Origin: Eubacteriales bacterium
GTDB lineage: Bacteria > Bacillota > Clostridia > Oscillospirales > CAG-272
NCBI GenBank assembly: GCA_045544195.1
Contig: JAZPYO010000034.1
Span: 82,881-146,880 of the forward strand
Length of the DNA stretch: 64,000 nt
Direction: 5' to 3'
The translations under genes and the position numbers were made by a program. The notes beneath the pieces were generated by a model. It did no database searches. It was not told where the DNA came from and saw nothing but the letters and a program-made list of their open reading frames with translations. Shown one piece after another: positions 27,829 to 38,431 of the stretch (positions are counted from its first letter, which is position 1; each line of letters starts with the position of its first letter).

Positions 27829-28886
27829 ATTATTAACGATACTACATCCTTAAAAGTAATAACGATCATAAACAGCATCAAAATAACAATACCGATAAAA
27901 TGAACGTAATTTTCATATTTTGCAGGCACAGGACGCCTGAAAATGATCTCAAAGAGTATGAAAACGAGTCTTCCACCGTCAAGCGCGGGAAACGGCAACA
28001 GATTGAACACTCCTAAGTTCATACTAAGGAATATACACATATATATAAGACTCGGCAGACCGTCCTTTGCGGTCTGTGCAACAGCGCTCGTTGCGCCGAC
28101 AGGCCCCGAAAGCTGAGAAAAGCCGTACTTTCCGCTTACCAGGTTAACAAGTGAATCCCAAATTATACTTATCGTATTGAAGGCAGATGAAATTCCGTAT
28201 GACAAAACGCTTGTAAAGGTCTTTTCAAGCGGTGCTACCTTGAAAAATATTTCTCCGTAAACTATGCCGTCCTGCTCAACGGTCGGAAAAACAACGTCGT
28301 GAAGAACGATCTTTTCGCCGTTTCTTTCAACGGTAACATCCACAGCATTTACGCATTTATCCAAAACGGTATACAATAGATCCTGCGAATACTTTACCTT
28401 TTCATCGTCTATACTGACGATCGTATCACCGATGAGAAGACCTGATGATTCAACGTATGTTTTATATGAATCATCAAATTTTGAGATCGTTGTTCCACCT
28501 ATATTGAATGATGTAGCAACGAGAATTATCATCAGTATCATACCGAATACAATATTCGTTACTGCACCTGCGGCAATAATTATAAGGCGTTGCCATGCGG
28601 GCTTTTTGGAAAAGGCGTTTTCATCATCAGATTCCTCATCCTCGCCAACCATTTTTACAAAGCCGCCAACGGGTACTGCGCGTAAAGAATACTGAATATC
28701 CGTCTTTTTGCTTTTAAAACCAAACAGCTTTGGTCCCATACCGATAGCAAATTCCTCTATCGTGACCTTAAAAATGCGAGCAAAGGTATAATGACCGCAT
28801 TCGTGGATAAATATCAGCACACCGAACGCAAGCAACGCTATCAGAATGTAAAGCAAATTAGTCAAAAAATTAATTATCAGTACCAC
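27825..28886 (-). CDS. rseP: RIP site-2 metalloprotease RseP/RasP family
   Basis: HECGHY (HExxH) in the first TM segment, a central PDZ-like region, and the C-terminal NLLPFPALDGG motif. Confidence 0.85.
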   Translation of the reverse strand: MVLIINFLTNLLYILIALLAFGVLIFIHECGHYTFARIFKVTIEEFAIGMGPKLFGFKSKKTDIQYSLRAVPVGGFVKMVGEDEESDDENAFSKKPAWQRLIIIAAGAVTNIVFGMILMIILVATSFNIGGTTISKFDDSYKTYVESSGLLIGDTIVSIDDEKVKYSQDLLYTVLDKCVNAVDVTVERNGEKIVLHDVVFPTVEQDGIVYGEIFFKVAPLEKTFTSVLSYGISSAFNTISIIWDSLVNLVSGKYGFSQLSGPVGATSAVAQTAKDGLPSLIYMCIFLSMNLGVFNLLPFPALDGGRLVFILFEIIFRRPVPAKYENYVHFIGIVILMLFMIVITFKDVVSLII

Positions 28887-30043
28887 GCCTTTCTGTTGTA
28901 AAGATCCAACGCCAAAGCTCTGACGTGTGAATCTGTTTGCAATATATCATCAAGCGTAGGAGCTTGAATGTTTTTATGTTCGCTGATCACCGAATCGACG
29001 ATGCGGTATATATCAGTAAATCCAATCTTTTCCTCAAGGAAAAGTCCGACCGCTATCTCATTTGCGGCGTTATAAGCACAGGGCATAACGCCTCCCTGCT
29101 TCGCCACATGCTTTGCCAGAGGAAGCATTTTGAATACATCTTCATTTGGGGCATCAAATGTAAGAGAACCGAGCGCACAGAAATCAATGGGCTTTACGAC
29201 ACCCGACACTCTTTGCGGATACATAAGAGCATATTTTGCAGGATAACGCATATCGGGAACACCGAGCTGAGCGATAACGCTGTTATCTTTATATTCAACC
29301 ATTGAATGAATTATGCTCTGACGGTGAATTACGACATCAATTTGATCGCATTCAACATCAAAAAGCTTCATTGCTTCAATTATTTCAAGACCTTTATTTG
29401 CAAGTGATGCGGAATCAATAGTTATTTTTGAGCCCATATTCCATGTAGGATGTGCCAATGCATCACTCAACTTAACGCTGTCGAGCATTTCTGCGGTATA
29501 ACCGAAAAACGGCCCGCCCGATGCGGTAAGTAAAATGCGCTTAACTTCGTCCTTTTTGCCGTTACACAAACACTGGTGTATAGCACAGTGCTCACTGTCC
29601 ACAGGTAAAAGACTGCCGCCGAATTTGCGTGCGATATCGTTTACTATATCGCCTGCGCATACCATACTTTCTTTGTTAGCCAGAGCAACAGTTCGCCCCG
29701 CCTTTAAAGCAGAAACGGTCGGTAAAAGTCCGTTTTTTCCCGATACTGAGTTGAATACTATGTCGCACTCAACGCTGCCGGCTATCTGGCAAACGCTTTC
29801 ATAACCGTCGAGTATTTTGCAATTCGTATCTGCGACTGCGATTTTTAAGCTCTTTGCTGCGTTGTGATCTGTAACTGCGCAGTATTCAGGAGAAAACTTT
29901 CTGATCTGTTCTTCCAGAACCTTTATATTTCTGCCTGCAGCGATGGCTTTTACATTTACACCGAAATACTCGGCAACATCGGCGGTTTGCTTTCCAACAG
30001 AGCCGGTAGAGCCGAGTATTACAATACTTTTGTTAATATTCAT
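28877..30043 (-). CDS. dxr: 1-deoxy-D-xylulose-5-phosphate reductoisomerase
   Basis: ILGSTGSVG NADPH-binding motif plus LANKES, DSEH and NKGLE blocks. I placed the start at the internal Met (MNINKSIVILG), 15 codons downstream of the track start; the track start would overlap cdsA. Confidence 0.9.
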   Translation of the reverse strand: MNINKSIVILGSTGSVGKQTADVAEYFGVNVKAIAAGRNIKVLEEQIRKFSPEYCAVTDHNAAKSLKIAVADTNCKILDGYESVCQIAGSVECDIVFNSVSGKNGLLPTVSALKAGRTVALANKESMVCAGDIVNDIARKFGGSLLPVDSEHCAIHQCLCNGKKDEVKRILLTASGGPFFGYTAEMLDSVKLSDALAHPTWNMGSKITIDSASLANKGLEIIEAMKLFDVECDQIDVVIHRQSIIHSMVEYKDNSVIAQLGVPDMRYPAKYALMYPQRVSGVVKPIDFCALGSLTFDAPNEDVFKMLPLAKHVAKQGGVMPCAYNAANEIAVGLFLEEKIGFTDIYRIVDSVISEHKNIQAPTLDDILQTDSHVRALALDLYNRKAWY

Positions 30044-30051
30044 ATGATCCT

Positions 30052-30882
30052 TTATACCAAAAGATTTATTGTACCGCAGGTTATGCACAAAAACAGCGAT
30101 ACTGCAATTATACTATCGAAGCGATCCAAAACACCGCCGTGTCCCGGCAATAGCTTTCCGTAGTCCTTTATTCCGTAATTACGCTTGATAAGCGACATAA
30201 GAAGATCACCGACCTGAGCGATGACCGAAACAAAGGGGGCAAATGCGATCAAGACTATGTACTGTATCGTTTCTAAATGCAAAAACAGTATACCGTATAC
30301 GGCAAACAGAGCTGTTGTGCCAAGTATACCGCCGACGGCACCTTCAACGGTCTTTTTAGGTGAAACATCGGGAATGAGCTTATGCTTGCCGAAAAGCATT
30401 CCGATAAAATAAGCAAATATATCAGTCCCCCACGCTGCAACAAAAACCAAGGGATAAAAAACATTACCCTGCGGCATATCGCGTATAAGTATTATAGCTG
30501 ATAATCCGCCTACAATATACATAAGTATAAGCGTCACAAAAGATGAATTAACAATGTCGCACTTCCCTTTTGAAAATACCGTATAAGTAAATACAACAAA
30601 GATAAACACCATTATGACAGCCAAACAAACATTACTGTTGACAACGGTCTTTTCTTCAAATAAATACGAAAAACGTGTTGCGAAAGGAACGATAGCTGCC
30701 GCTAAGAAGGCGGGAACAGCAACGCCTTTGTTTTTCAGAAAACCTGTGCATCGAAGCATTTCAAACACGGAAATTAAACAAAGTAGTGCAACAAGAATGT
30801 TGATCAGCACGGTATTGGAGAAAATCAAACACGGCAAAATGGCAATAAGCCACAATACAGACGTTATAATTCTAACTAGCAA
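30052..30882 (-). CDS. cdsA: Phosphatidate cytidylyltransferase
   Basis: Polytopic membrane protein with the C-terminal CDS signature SLIKRNYGIKDYGKLLPGHGGVLDRFDS. Confidence 0.9.
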   Translation of the reverse strand: MLVRIITSVLWLIAILPCLIFSNTVLINILVALLCLISVFEMLRCTGFLKNKGVAVPAFLAAAIVPFATRFSYLFEEKTVVNSNVCLAVIMVFIFVVFTYTVFSKGKCDIVNSSFVTLILMYIVGGLSAIILIRDMPQGNVFYPLVFVAAWGTDIFAYFIGMLFGKHKLIPDVSPKKTVEGAVGGILGTTALFAVYGILFLHLETIQYIVLIAFAPFVSVIAQVGDLLMSLIKRNYGIKDYGKLLPGHGGVLDRFDSIIAVSLFLCITCGTINLLV

Positions 30883-30903
30883 AACTTTATTCTCCCAATT
30901 TTA

Positions 30904-31593
30904 TCAAACTCCACCGTATCGGCGGTTTCTGGAATTAAATACCTCGATAGCCCGATCGACGTCTTCACTTGAAAAGTCGGGCCACAGTACATCAGTAAAA
31001 TATAATTCAGAATAAGCACTCTGCCACATCAAAAAATTGGATATTCTGTATTCGCCGCCTGTTCTTACGATGAGGTCAGGCATGGGAGAGGCATTTGTAT
31101 ACAGTCTTTCTGTAATATCATCCTCTGTGATGCTTGTTTTCCCCTCTTTGATGCACAGATTAACAGCGTGTACTATTTCATCTCTGCCGCCATAATTGAT
31201 ACCTACGTTAAGAATATATTTATTGTTTTTTGAGTCGGCTTCAGTCTGCTCCATTTTAATTCTTAATTCGTCAGGAAAAACAGATTTGTCTCCAAGAAAG
31301 ACTATACGCACGTTTTCTTTCATCATATCCTTGATAGCAACATCAAGGTAATCTGAAAACAGAGACATTATCGCGTTTACTTCTTTCTCCGGACGTTTCC
31401 AATTTTCAGTTGAAAACGCATATACGGTAACAGCTTCAATATCAAGATTGCGACAGTACTTAACAATATTCTTAAACGTTTCAGCTCCGACCTTGTGCCC
31501 GTATTCTCTGGGCATAAGGCGTTTTTTTGCCCATCTGCCGTTACCGTCCATTATAAACGCAATATGTCGCAATGCTTTTGTTTTATCAGCCAT
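30904..31593 (-). CDS. uppS: Isoprenyl transferase (undecaprenyl-diphosphate synthase)
   Basis: HIAFIMDGNGRWA, FSTENWKRP and the RTGGEYRISNFLMWQSAYSELYF motif. Confidence 0.92.
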   Translation of the reverse strand: MADKTKALRHIAFIMDGNGRWAKKRLMPREYGHKVGAETFKNIVKYCRNLDIEAVTVYAFSTENWKRPEKEVNAIMSLFSDYLDVAIKDMMKENVRIVFLGDKSVFPDELRIKMEQTEADSKNNKYILNVGINYGGRDEIVHAVNLCIKEGKTSITEDDITERLYTNASPMPDLIVRTGGEYRISNFLMWQSAYSELYFTDVLWPDFSSEDVDRAIEVFNSRNRRYGGV

Positions 31594-32147
31594 TAAATTT
31601 CCATTATTTCCTTTGTTTTAGTGCTGGTTATCGTGTCGATCTCCCTGATGTACTTGTCTGTGAGATCCTGTATAGACTTATCAGACTGCTTTTGCTCGTC
31701 CTCGGTCATCTCGTTGTTTTTCTTCATAGCCTTGCTCTTGTCATTGGCATCACGACGGATGTTGCGAACAGCAACCTTTGCATCCTCGCCCATTTTAGCT
31801 ATCTGTTTAGTTGTTGATTTACGTGTTTCCTCTGTCATTGCGGGAAAAACAAGACGAATGCATTTACCGTCATTCTGGGGATTGATGCCTATATCGGAAA
31901 CCTGGATAGCCTTTTCGATATTCTTGAGCGTAGAAGCATCCCAAGGAGAAATAACGATAGTGCGGGCGTCAGTGCATTTCACCTCTGCCATTGCGGAGAT
32001 CTGTGTAGGTGTGCCGTAATACTCAACGGTAACCTTATCAAGAACGGCAGGTGTTGCTCTGCCTGCTCTTATTGTTGAAAGCTCATAGTTGTAGTTAGCT
32101 ATGGACTTTTTCATTTTTTCTTCGTATTCTTTTACATCAAGCTTCAT
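31593..32147 (-). CDS. frr: Ribosome recycling factor
   Basis: 184 aa with the LSTIRAGRATPAVLDKV... and IRRDANDK motifs typical of Frr. Confidence 0.92.
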   Translation of the reverse strand: MKLDVKEYEEKMKKSIANYNYELSTIRAGRATPAVLDKVTVEYYGTPTQISAMAEVKCTDARTIVISPWDASTLKNIEKAIQVSDIGINPQNDGKCIRLVFPAMTEETRKSTTKQIAKMGEDAKVAVRNIRRDANDKSKAMKKNNEMTEDEQKQSDKSIQDLTDKYIREIDTITSTKTKEIMEI

Positions 32148-32171
32148 TTTAAATATCTCCTATAAATAAAT

Positions 32172-32888
32172 TTATTTTACAATAGTGCCTATGGATTCGC
32201 CACGGGCAGCTTTAACAATGTTATCGGGATCGTCAAGCGCAAACAGCAATATCGGAAGACCGTTTTCCATTGCAAGACAAGTGGAAGCGGGGTCTGTAGC
32301 CTTGAGATTTTTTTCAAGGATCTCAGCATATGTCAAGGTGTCGTATTTGACTGCGGTGGGATCTACACGGGGATCTGCTGTGTAAATTCCGTCGATATTC
32401 TTTGCAAGAAAAGCAATATCCGCCTTGATCTCCAATGCGCGAAGAATTGCACCTGTGTCAGTCGTAAAGAAGGGATTGCCTGTTCCTCCGCCAAGAATTA
32501 CTACCTTGCCGCCATCAAGAGCGTTGATAGCATCTCTTGCTGTAAATAATTGAGCGACCTTGTTCATTTCACACGCAGACATCGCCAGAGCGTCAACGCC
32601 TGCGTTTTTTAACGACTGCTCCAACGCCAGACAGTTTATCATCGTTGCGAGCATTCCCATGTCGTCAGCACGCGCTCTATCCAGAGAGACACCGTTTCGT
32701 GCACCTCTCCAGATATTTCCGCCGCCAACAAGAAGAGCGACCTGAGTGCCCATATCGACCACTTCTTTTATTACGGAGCAGATCTGATCGAGAGCGTCAA
32801 AATTGAGAATTTCTCCGTCCGCAGCACCGTTTCCAAGCGCTTCACCGGAAAGCTTAACAAGAATTCGTTTGTAAACAGAATCAGACAT
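32172..32888 (-). CDS. pyrH: UMP kinase
   Basis: KRILVKLSGEAL, GGGNIWRG and ILGGGTGNPFFTTDT motifs. I chose the start at MSDSVYK, with a GGAAGG SD 7 nt upstream. The track ORF extends 9 codons further, to 32915. Confidence 0.9.
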   Translation of the reverse strand: MSDSVYKRILVKLSGEALGNGAADGEILNFDALDQICSVIKEVVDMGTQVALLVGGGNIWRGARNGVSLDRARADDMGMLATMINCLALEQSLKNAGVDALAMSACEMNKVAQLFTARDAINALDGGKVVILGGGTGNPFFTTDTGAILRALEIKADIAFLAKNIDGIYTADPRVDPTAVKYDTLTYAEILEKNLKATDPASTCLAMENGLPILLFALDDPDNIVKAARGESIGTIVK

Positions 32889-32993
32889 AAGCATACCTTC
32901 CCTTATATATTTCATTATATTTTACTTTATACATTTTAACCTGTATTGATAAAATTGTAAACAGAATTTGCAAATAATATTTTTTTACTGAAA

Positions 32994-33029
32994 TGAGAAA
33001 AAACACCTCAAGAAATCTCTTGAGGTGTT
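32994..33029 (-). terminator. tsf terminator
   Basis: AACACCTCAAGA-AATC-TCTTGAGGTGTT is a 12-bp stem. On the minus strand it is followed by a T run. Confidence 0.75.
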
Positions 33030-33047
33030 TTAAAATCCTGGAAACTA

Positions 33048-33980
33048 TTAGCCGTTAACAAGCTTTTCAATTTCAGCTGCGAAGTTGTCTTCTCTCTTTT
33101 CGATGCCTTCGCCTTTTTCGTACTTAACGAATGCAGCAACAGAAAGCTCTGCGCCGAGCTCCTTTGCAACGGATTCAACGTACTTACCAACCGTCATAGA
33201 GTCATCCTTAACGTAAGCCTGGAACAACAGGCAGTTGTTGTCATAGAACTTAGCAAGCTTACCTGAAGCCATTTTTTCAAGAATTGCTTCGGGCTTTGTA
33301 GCGTTCTTGGGATCGTTCTTGATCTGGTTGAGGATGATGTCCTTTTCGTTAGCTATAACAGCCTCGGGAACATCCTCCTTAGCGAGATATGAAGGAGACA
33401 TAGCTGCGATCTGGAGTGCTACATTCTTAGCACATTCTGCAAACAATTCTGTTTTAGCAGTTTCTTCAGAGCAGTTCATCTTAACGATAACACCTGTTGT
33501 ACCCTTGCCGTGTACGTAAGTAACGAGGTTACCCTCGAAAATAACGAAGCGGCGGATATTCATGTTTTCACCGATAGTGAATATCTTATCCTTAAGGGAT
33601 GCTTCAACAGTATATTCAGAGCCGAGCATAGGGAGCTTGAGAAGCTCTTCAACGTCAGCGGGCTTGTTTGCAAGAACTGTCTTTTCGATATCCTTTACGA
33701 AGTTAACAAATGTTTCGTTCTTTGCAACGAAGTCTGTTTCGGCATTAACCTCGATCATAACAGCAGTCTTACCGTCTTCGCTTGTCATGATATCAACAAG
33801 ACCCTCAGCGGCTATACGGTCAGCCTTCTTAGCTGCAACTGCAAGACCTTTTTCGCGGAGATACTTGATTGCGCCTTCAACATCGCCGTCAGCAGCGTCA
33901 AGTGCCTTTTTACATTCCATCATGCCGCAGTTCGTCTTTGCTCTGAGATCTGCAACATCCTTAGCTGTAAACTTTGCCAT
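33048..33980 (-). CDS. tsf: Translation elongation factor Ts
   Basis: N-terminal UBA-like block VADLRAKTNCGMMECKKALDAADGDVEGAIKYLREKG and the EF-Ts dimerisation core. Confidence 0.93.
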   Translation of the reverse strand: MAKFTAKDVADLRAKTNCGMMECKKALDAADGDVEGAIKYLREKGLAVAAKKADRIAAEGLVDIMTSEDGKTAVMIEVNAETDFVAKNETFVNFVKDIEKTVLANKPADVEELLKLPMLGSEYTVEASLKDKIFTIGENMNIRRFVIFEGNLVTYVHGKGTTGVIVKMNCSEETAKTELFAECAKNVALQIAAMSPSYLAKEDVPEAVIANEKDIILNQIKNDPKNATKPEAILEKMASGKLAKFYDNNCLLFQAYVKDDSMTVGKYVESVAKELGAELSVAAFVKYEKGEGIEKREDNFAAEIEKLVNG

Positions 33981-34000
33981 TTTGTTTTCCTCCTAAGAAA

Positions 34001-34744
34001 TTATTCGTTGTCTGCATTTTCAGCGTCAGCAGCTTCTTCAGCAACTTCTGCCTCAAATGCTTCGCCCTGCTTACCTTCGATAACAGCATCAGCAAGAACA
34101 GAGCTTATGAGCTTGATTGCGCGGATAGCGTCATCATTACCGGGAATAACGTAATCAGCGTCGTCAGGATCGCAGTTTGTATCAACGATAGCAACAACGG
34201 GAATACCCAGATTCTTCGCTTCGGCAACAGCGTTCTTCTCTTTCTTAGGGTCAACTATGAAAATAGCGTCAGGAAGCTCAGCCATTTCCTTGATACCGCC
34301 GTAGTTGCGCTCAAGGTCAGCGATCTCCTTATTAAGAGCAGCAGCCTCCTTCTTGGGAAGAAGATCGAATGTGCCGTCAGCTCTCATCTTTTCAAGGCTT
34401 ACAAGACGAGCAATGCTCTTCTTTATCGTTTTGAAGTTTGTGAGCATACCGCCGGGCCAACGCTCGTTAACAAAGAACATGCCGCATCTGGATGCTTCTT
34501 CCTTGATAGCGTCAGCAGCCTGCTTCTTTGTACCTACGAAAAGAATTGTCTTTCCTTCCTCAGACAAGGAGCGAACGTACATGTAAGCTTCCTCAAACTT
34601 CTTAACGGTCTTCTGCAAATCAATGATGTAGATACCGTTTCTTTCGGTGAAGATGTACTCAGCCATTTTAGGATTCCATCTTCTTGTGTGGTGTCCGAAA
34701 TGAACACCTGCTTCAAGCAGCTGCTTGATTGTGATAACAGACAT
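34001..34744 (-). CDS. rpsB: 30S ribosomal protein S2
   Basis: [28 protein letters not shown] chose the ATG at 34744, with AAGGAGG 7 nt upstream. The track start at 34813 adds 23 implausible codons. Confidence 0.93.
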   Translation of the reverse strand: MSVITIKQLLEAGVHFGHHTRRWNPKMAEYIFTERNGIYIIDLQKTVKKFEEAYMYVRSLSEEGKTILFVGTKKQAADAIKEEASRCGMFFVNERWPGGMLTNFKTIKKSIARLVSLEKMRADGTFDLLPKKEAAALNKEIADLERNYGGIKEMAELPDAIFIVDPKKEKNAVAEAKNLGIPVVAIVDTNCDPDDADYVIPGNDDAIRAIKLISSVLADAVIEGKQGEAFEAEVAEEAADAENADNE

Positions 34745-34866
34745 AATTGTCCTCCTTTGGTTTTTCCTCCACCGCAAAACCATTACGCAAGTAAATACTA
34801 CCACCGGGCGCAACTTATGCGATGTGCGGATTTAAAATTTAGTCACGTTTTTCAACGTGCCGAAAT

Positions 34867-34895
34867 ATAATAGCATAAAATAAAGAGCTTGTCAA
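34867..34895 (-). promoter_or_regulatory. Probable SigA promoter of the rpsB-tsf operon
   Basis: On the minus strand: TTGACA (34895-34890), a 17-nt spacer, then TATTAT (34872-34867). This leaves a ~115-nt leader. Confidence 0.6.
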
Positions 34896-34922
34896 CACTT
34901 TAAAGAAATTTTTACATTTTAT

Positions 34923-37900
34923 TCATCTGATGACTACTGCGGATTCGCCCAAAATTTCCTTAAGCCTGCTTATAAGAAGTGCGCTTGGAATGATCTTTCC
35001 CGGAAAAGCAACGTAATTCTTTTCCTTTTCAGAATAAATGCTGACTGAATAATTTCCCTTTTCATCTTTGTATATCGAAAGAAGAGCCGCTGCCCTTTTA
35101 TATAACTCGCATTCGAGATCCGGCACCTTTACGTAAATTATCTGCTTTTTTGCTTTTGGCTCAGAAGAATCGTCCGAGCTTGTCTTACGGGATGAATAAT
35201 TACCATTCTGTATCAGCGGCTGAATAGATTTTGCAAGAATTTTCACCCCCTCGTCCTCAGAGGCACTTATATCACCGCAAAGGACAATGGCAGCATCAGG
35301 GGTAAGATACTGACCGTTGGTATTCAATACCTTTGGAAATATCACAGCTTCTATTTCGGAAAAGCGATCTTCAACTGTTACAAACGCCATCATATCGCCT
35401 TTTTTGGTCGTTTTGTTAACTCGTGCGGTCACTGTGCCGCAAATACATACGCTTTGCTTTTCTGTGTATCTGCCGTCATTTTCCTCAAACGAAGCTACTA
35501 TATCGGTGATTTTGTCATGGTTTATATCTTTGATATTATCGGTATAGTCGTCAAGCAGATGACCGGAAAAATACATCCCCGAGGCTTCCTTTTCAAGAGC
35601 CAGCTTTTCTCTTAACGGCATATCGGGAAGCTGAGGGTATGTGTATTCGCTTTCATCATTTAAGCCATTATCAGAAACCGCATCGAACATATCAAGCTGA
35701 CCTGTAAGGTTTTTACGTTTGATCTGCAGCTCGCTTTCAAGTATTTCTTCAAAGCACGCAAGAAGCCTGCTTCTGTATATACCGAATGAATCGAAAGCAC
35801 CGCATTTTATGAGAGAATCGAGCTGCTTTTTGTTGCTGTCGTACTTCGCCATCCTGCGAATGAAATCCTCCGCAGATGCAAACGGACGCTTTTGTCGCTC
35901 TGATATGATATTGTCAACGAAGCTGCCGCCGACATTTTTTATGGCAAACAAGCCAAAGCGTATTTCAGATACGCCGTTTTTCTTTATTACATTGAAATAC
36001 TTTCCGCTTTCGTTAACATCAGGGGGAAGGACCTGTATTCCCTTTCTTTGACAAGCTGAAATATATCTTGATATTTTCGTTTGGTTTCCAAGCTCGCTTG
36101 TGAGAAGCGATGCCATATACTCAGGGAAATACTTGCATTTGAGATATGCTGTGCGGTAAGTCAGAAATGCGTATGAAGCTGCATGCGATTTATTGAATGC
36201 ATACTTTGCAAAGCCTGCAAGATTATCAAAAAGCACATTGGCATCGTGCTGAGTCATTCCCCGCTCTGTTGCTCCTGTCACAAATGTCAGCCGATGCTCT
36301 TCCATTTCCGTTTCCTTTTTTTTGGACATAAGACGGCGGACGATGTCAGCCTTTCCGTACGAATACCCCGCGATCGTCCTGAATATTTCCATGACCTGCT
36401 CTTGATAAACAACAACGCCGTTTGTAACGTCGAGTATATCCTTTAAAAGCTCTGACGGATACACGATATTCTCGGGCGATGAACGGTTTTCAAGGTATTT
36501 CGGTATGGAATCCATAGGTCCCGGGCGGTATAAAGCGATAGCCGCAATTATATCCTCTATATCAGAGGGCTTCATTTGTGATAATAGCTTACGCATTCCC
36601 GCGCTTTCAAGCTGAAATATTCCGTCGCAGTCACCCGCGGTAAGCATTTCGTACACGGCAGTGCAATCAATGGGTATCTTGTAAATATCAAATTCTGGAT
36701 CATATCTGCGTATCTGCTCGACGGTATTGTCGATTATAGTGAGGTATTTTATTCCAAGAAGGTCGAATTTCACAAGTCCGAGTTTTGATACAGCATCCAT
36801 ATCGTACTGCGTCAGAACAGAATCGCCGTTTACTGCAAGCGGCACATATGTGTCAACGGGGTCCTTCGTTATAACAACACCCGCTGCGTGTGTTGAAATA
36901 TTGCGGGGCATACCTTCTATGCTCATCGCTGTGTCCAAAAGACGTCTGACCTTATCATCGCTTTTATAAAGTGCTTTCAGCTCCTGCGATTCGGGATCGT
37001 CAAGTGCCTCTTTAAGAGTTATCTTAAGCCTGTGCGGTATAAGTCTTACTATTGAATCTACCTCGGAATATGACATCCCGAGCGCTCTGCCGCAGTCTCT
37101 GACAGATGCCTTTGCTGCAAGGGTGTTGTATGTGACTATCTGGCAAACGTGATCTCTGCCGTATTTTTCCGTCAGATAATTGATGACTAAATGTCGTCTG
37201 TCGTCGGCAAAATCGACGTCGATATCCGGCATACTCACTCTTTCGGGATTAAGAAATCTTTCGAACATCAAATTATACTTTAACGGGTCTATATCCGTTA
37301 TTCCGGAAAGATATGCAACGAGCGAGCCGGCTCCGGAGCCTCTGCCCGGACCTGTTGATATACCGTTGGCTTTGGCATAGCCTACGTAATCGGAAACTAT
37401 GAGAAAATACTCTGAAAATCCCATTTTTGAAATTACGGACAGCTCATATTCAATGCGTTCGGTATATTCATTTCCTAACGGTACTATGATCTTGTCCTTA
37501 CATTTCTTTTCATACCCGTTGTAAACGATGCGTTTAAGATATTCGCAAGGATCTGTACTGTCATCGGGGGTAAAGGCAGGCAGATATAAATTTGAAAAAT
37601 CAAAATCAAAGCAGCATTTTTCTGCGATCAGTACCGTATTTTCCAAAGCCTCGGGAATGCGGAAAAATATACGGTGCATTTCATCTTCCGATTTTATATA
37701 AAATTCGTCGGTTTCAAAGCCGATCGGTCTGCCGTTCGTTATAACAGAGTTCGTCTGTATGCACATAAGGACTGCCTGAGTATCTGCATCCGCACGTCTT
37801 ACATAATGTGCATCATTTGTCGCAACGGTTTTTATATTAAGCTCTTTTGCAAGGTCATAAAGCAAATACATGACTTCTTCCTCGTCGGATGTATTATGAT

Positions 37901-38426
37901 TCTGAAGCTCTATATAAAAATCGTCGCCAAATGCATCCTTCAACGCTTTAGCATAGCTTCTTGCATTATCGTTCAGTCCTTTTAAAAGCATCGTTGGAAT
38001 ATATCCTGCTATGCACCCCGACAGGCAGACGAGTCCCTCCTTATGCTCAAGTAAGAGCTGTGTGTCAATTCTCGGGCGTGTGTAAAATCCTTCTGTGAAG
38101 CCGCGTGAAACGAGCTTTATGAGATTTTTATAGCCGATCTCGTTTTTACATAGCAAAACAAGATGATAATATGCACCGTCTACGCCGCGTGTCTTTTCAA
38201 AGCGCGAGGACGGCGCTACATATACCTCGCACCCTATTATAGGCTTAACGCCGTGGCTCTTACAAGCGTTGTAAAATGCCACCGCGCCGTACATTGTTCC
38301 GTGGTCAGTTATCGCAATTGCAGTCTGTCCGAGTGCCTTTGCACGTTTTGCCATATCATCGACACGGCAAGCACCGTCAAGAAGACTGTATTCGCTATGG
38401 TTGTGAAGATGAACAAAACCGCTCAA
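34923..38426 (-). CDS. dnaE: DNA polymerase III alpha subunit, DnaE-type
   Basis: 1167 aa with an N-terminal PHP domain (FVHLHNHSEYSLLDG), a polymerase core (MPDIDVDF) and an OB-fold C-terminus. Confidence 0.93.
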   Translation of the reverse strand: MSGFVHLHNHSEYSLLDGACRVDDMAKRAKALGQTAIAITDHGTMYGAVAFYNACKSHGVKPIIGCEVYVAPSSRFEKTRGVDGAYYHLVLLCKNEIGYKNLIKLVSRGFTEGFYTRPRIDTQLLLEHKEGLVCLSGCIAGYIPTMLLKGLNDNARSYAKALKDAFGDDFYIELQNHNTSDEEEVMYLLYDLAKELNIKTVATNDAHYVRRADADTQAVLMCIQTNSVITNGRPIGFETDEFYIKSEDEMHRIFFRIPEALENTVLIAEKCCFDFDFSNLYLPAFTPDDSTDPCEYLKRIVYNGYEKKCKDKIIVPLGNEYTERIEYELSVISKMGFSEYFLIVSDYVGYAKANGISTGPGRGSGAGSLVAYLSGITDIDPLKYNLMFERFLNPERVSMPDIDVDFADDRRHLVINYLTEKYGRDHVCQIVTYNTLAAKASVRDCGRALGMSYSEVDSIVRLIPHRLKITLKEALDDPESQELKALYKSDDKVRRLLDTAMSIEGMPRNISTHAAGVVITKDPVDTYVPLAVNGDSVLTQYDMDAVSKLGLVKFDLLGIKYLTIIDNTVEQIRRYDPEFDIYKIPIDCTAVYEMLTAGDCDGIFQLESAGMRKLLSQMKPSDIEDIIAAIALYRPGPMDSIPKYLENRSSPENIVYPSELLKDILDVTNGVVVYQEQVMEIFRTIAGYSYGKADIVRRLMSKKKETEMEEHRLTFVTGATERGMTQHDANVLFDNLAGFAKYAFNKSHAASYAFLTYRTAYLKCKYFPEYMASLLTSELGNQTKISRYISACQRKGIQVLPPDVNESGKYFNVIKKNGVSEIRFGLFAIKNVGGSFVDNIISERQKRPFASAEDFIRRMAKYDSNKKQLDSLIKCGAFDSFGIYRSRLLACFEEILESELQIKRKNLTGQLDMFDAVSDNGLNDESEYTYPQLPDMPLREKLALEKEASGMYFSGHLLDDYTDNIKDINHDKITDIVASFEENDGRYTEKQSVCICGTVTARVNKTTKKGDMMAFVTVEDRFSEIEAVIFPKVLNTNGQYLTPDAAIVLCGDISASEDEGVKILAKSIQPLIQNGNYSSRKTSSDDSSEPKAKKQIIYVKVPDLECELYKRAAALLSIYKDEKGNYSVSIYSEKEKNYVAFPGKIIPSALLISRLKEILGESAVVIR

Positions 38427-38431
38427 CGCAT

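Noticed and set aside
26773-34813. The rpsB-tsf-pyrH-frr-uppS-cdsA-dxr-rseP-ispG-polC gene order as something unusual
   Set aside because: This is the well-known conserved Firmicute cluster. The only difference from the Bacillus order is ispG where proS sits, a common variation in Clostridia.
33510-34870. Long plus-strand ORFs (214 aa and 298 aa) antisense to tsf and rpsB
   Set aside because: They lie entirely opposite highly conserved, clearly recognisable genes. Their composition is low-complexity and Ser/Cys/Phe-rich, they have no SD, and they contain no recognisable motifs. They are typical shadow ORFs.
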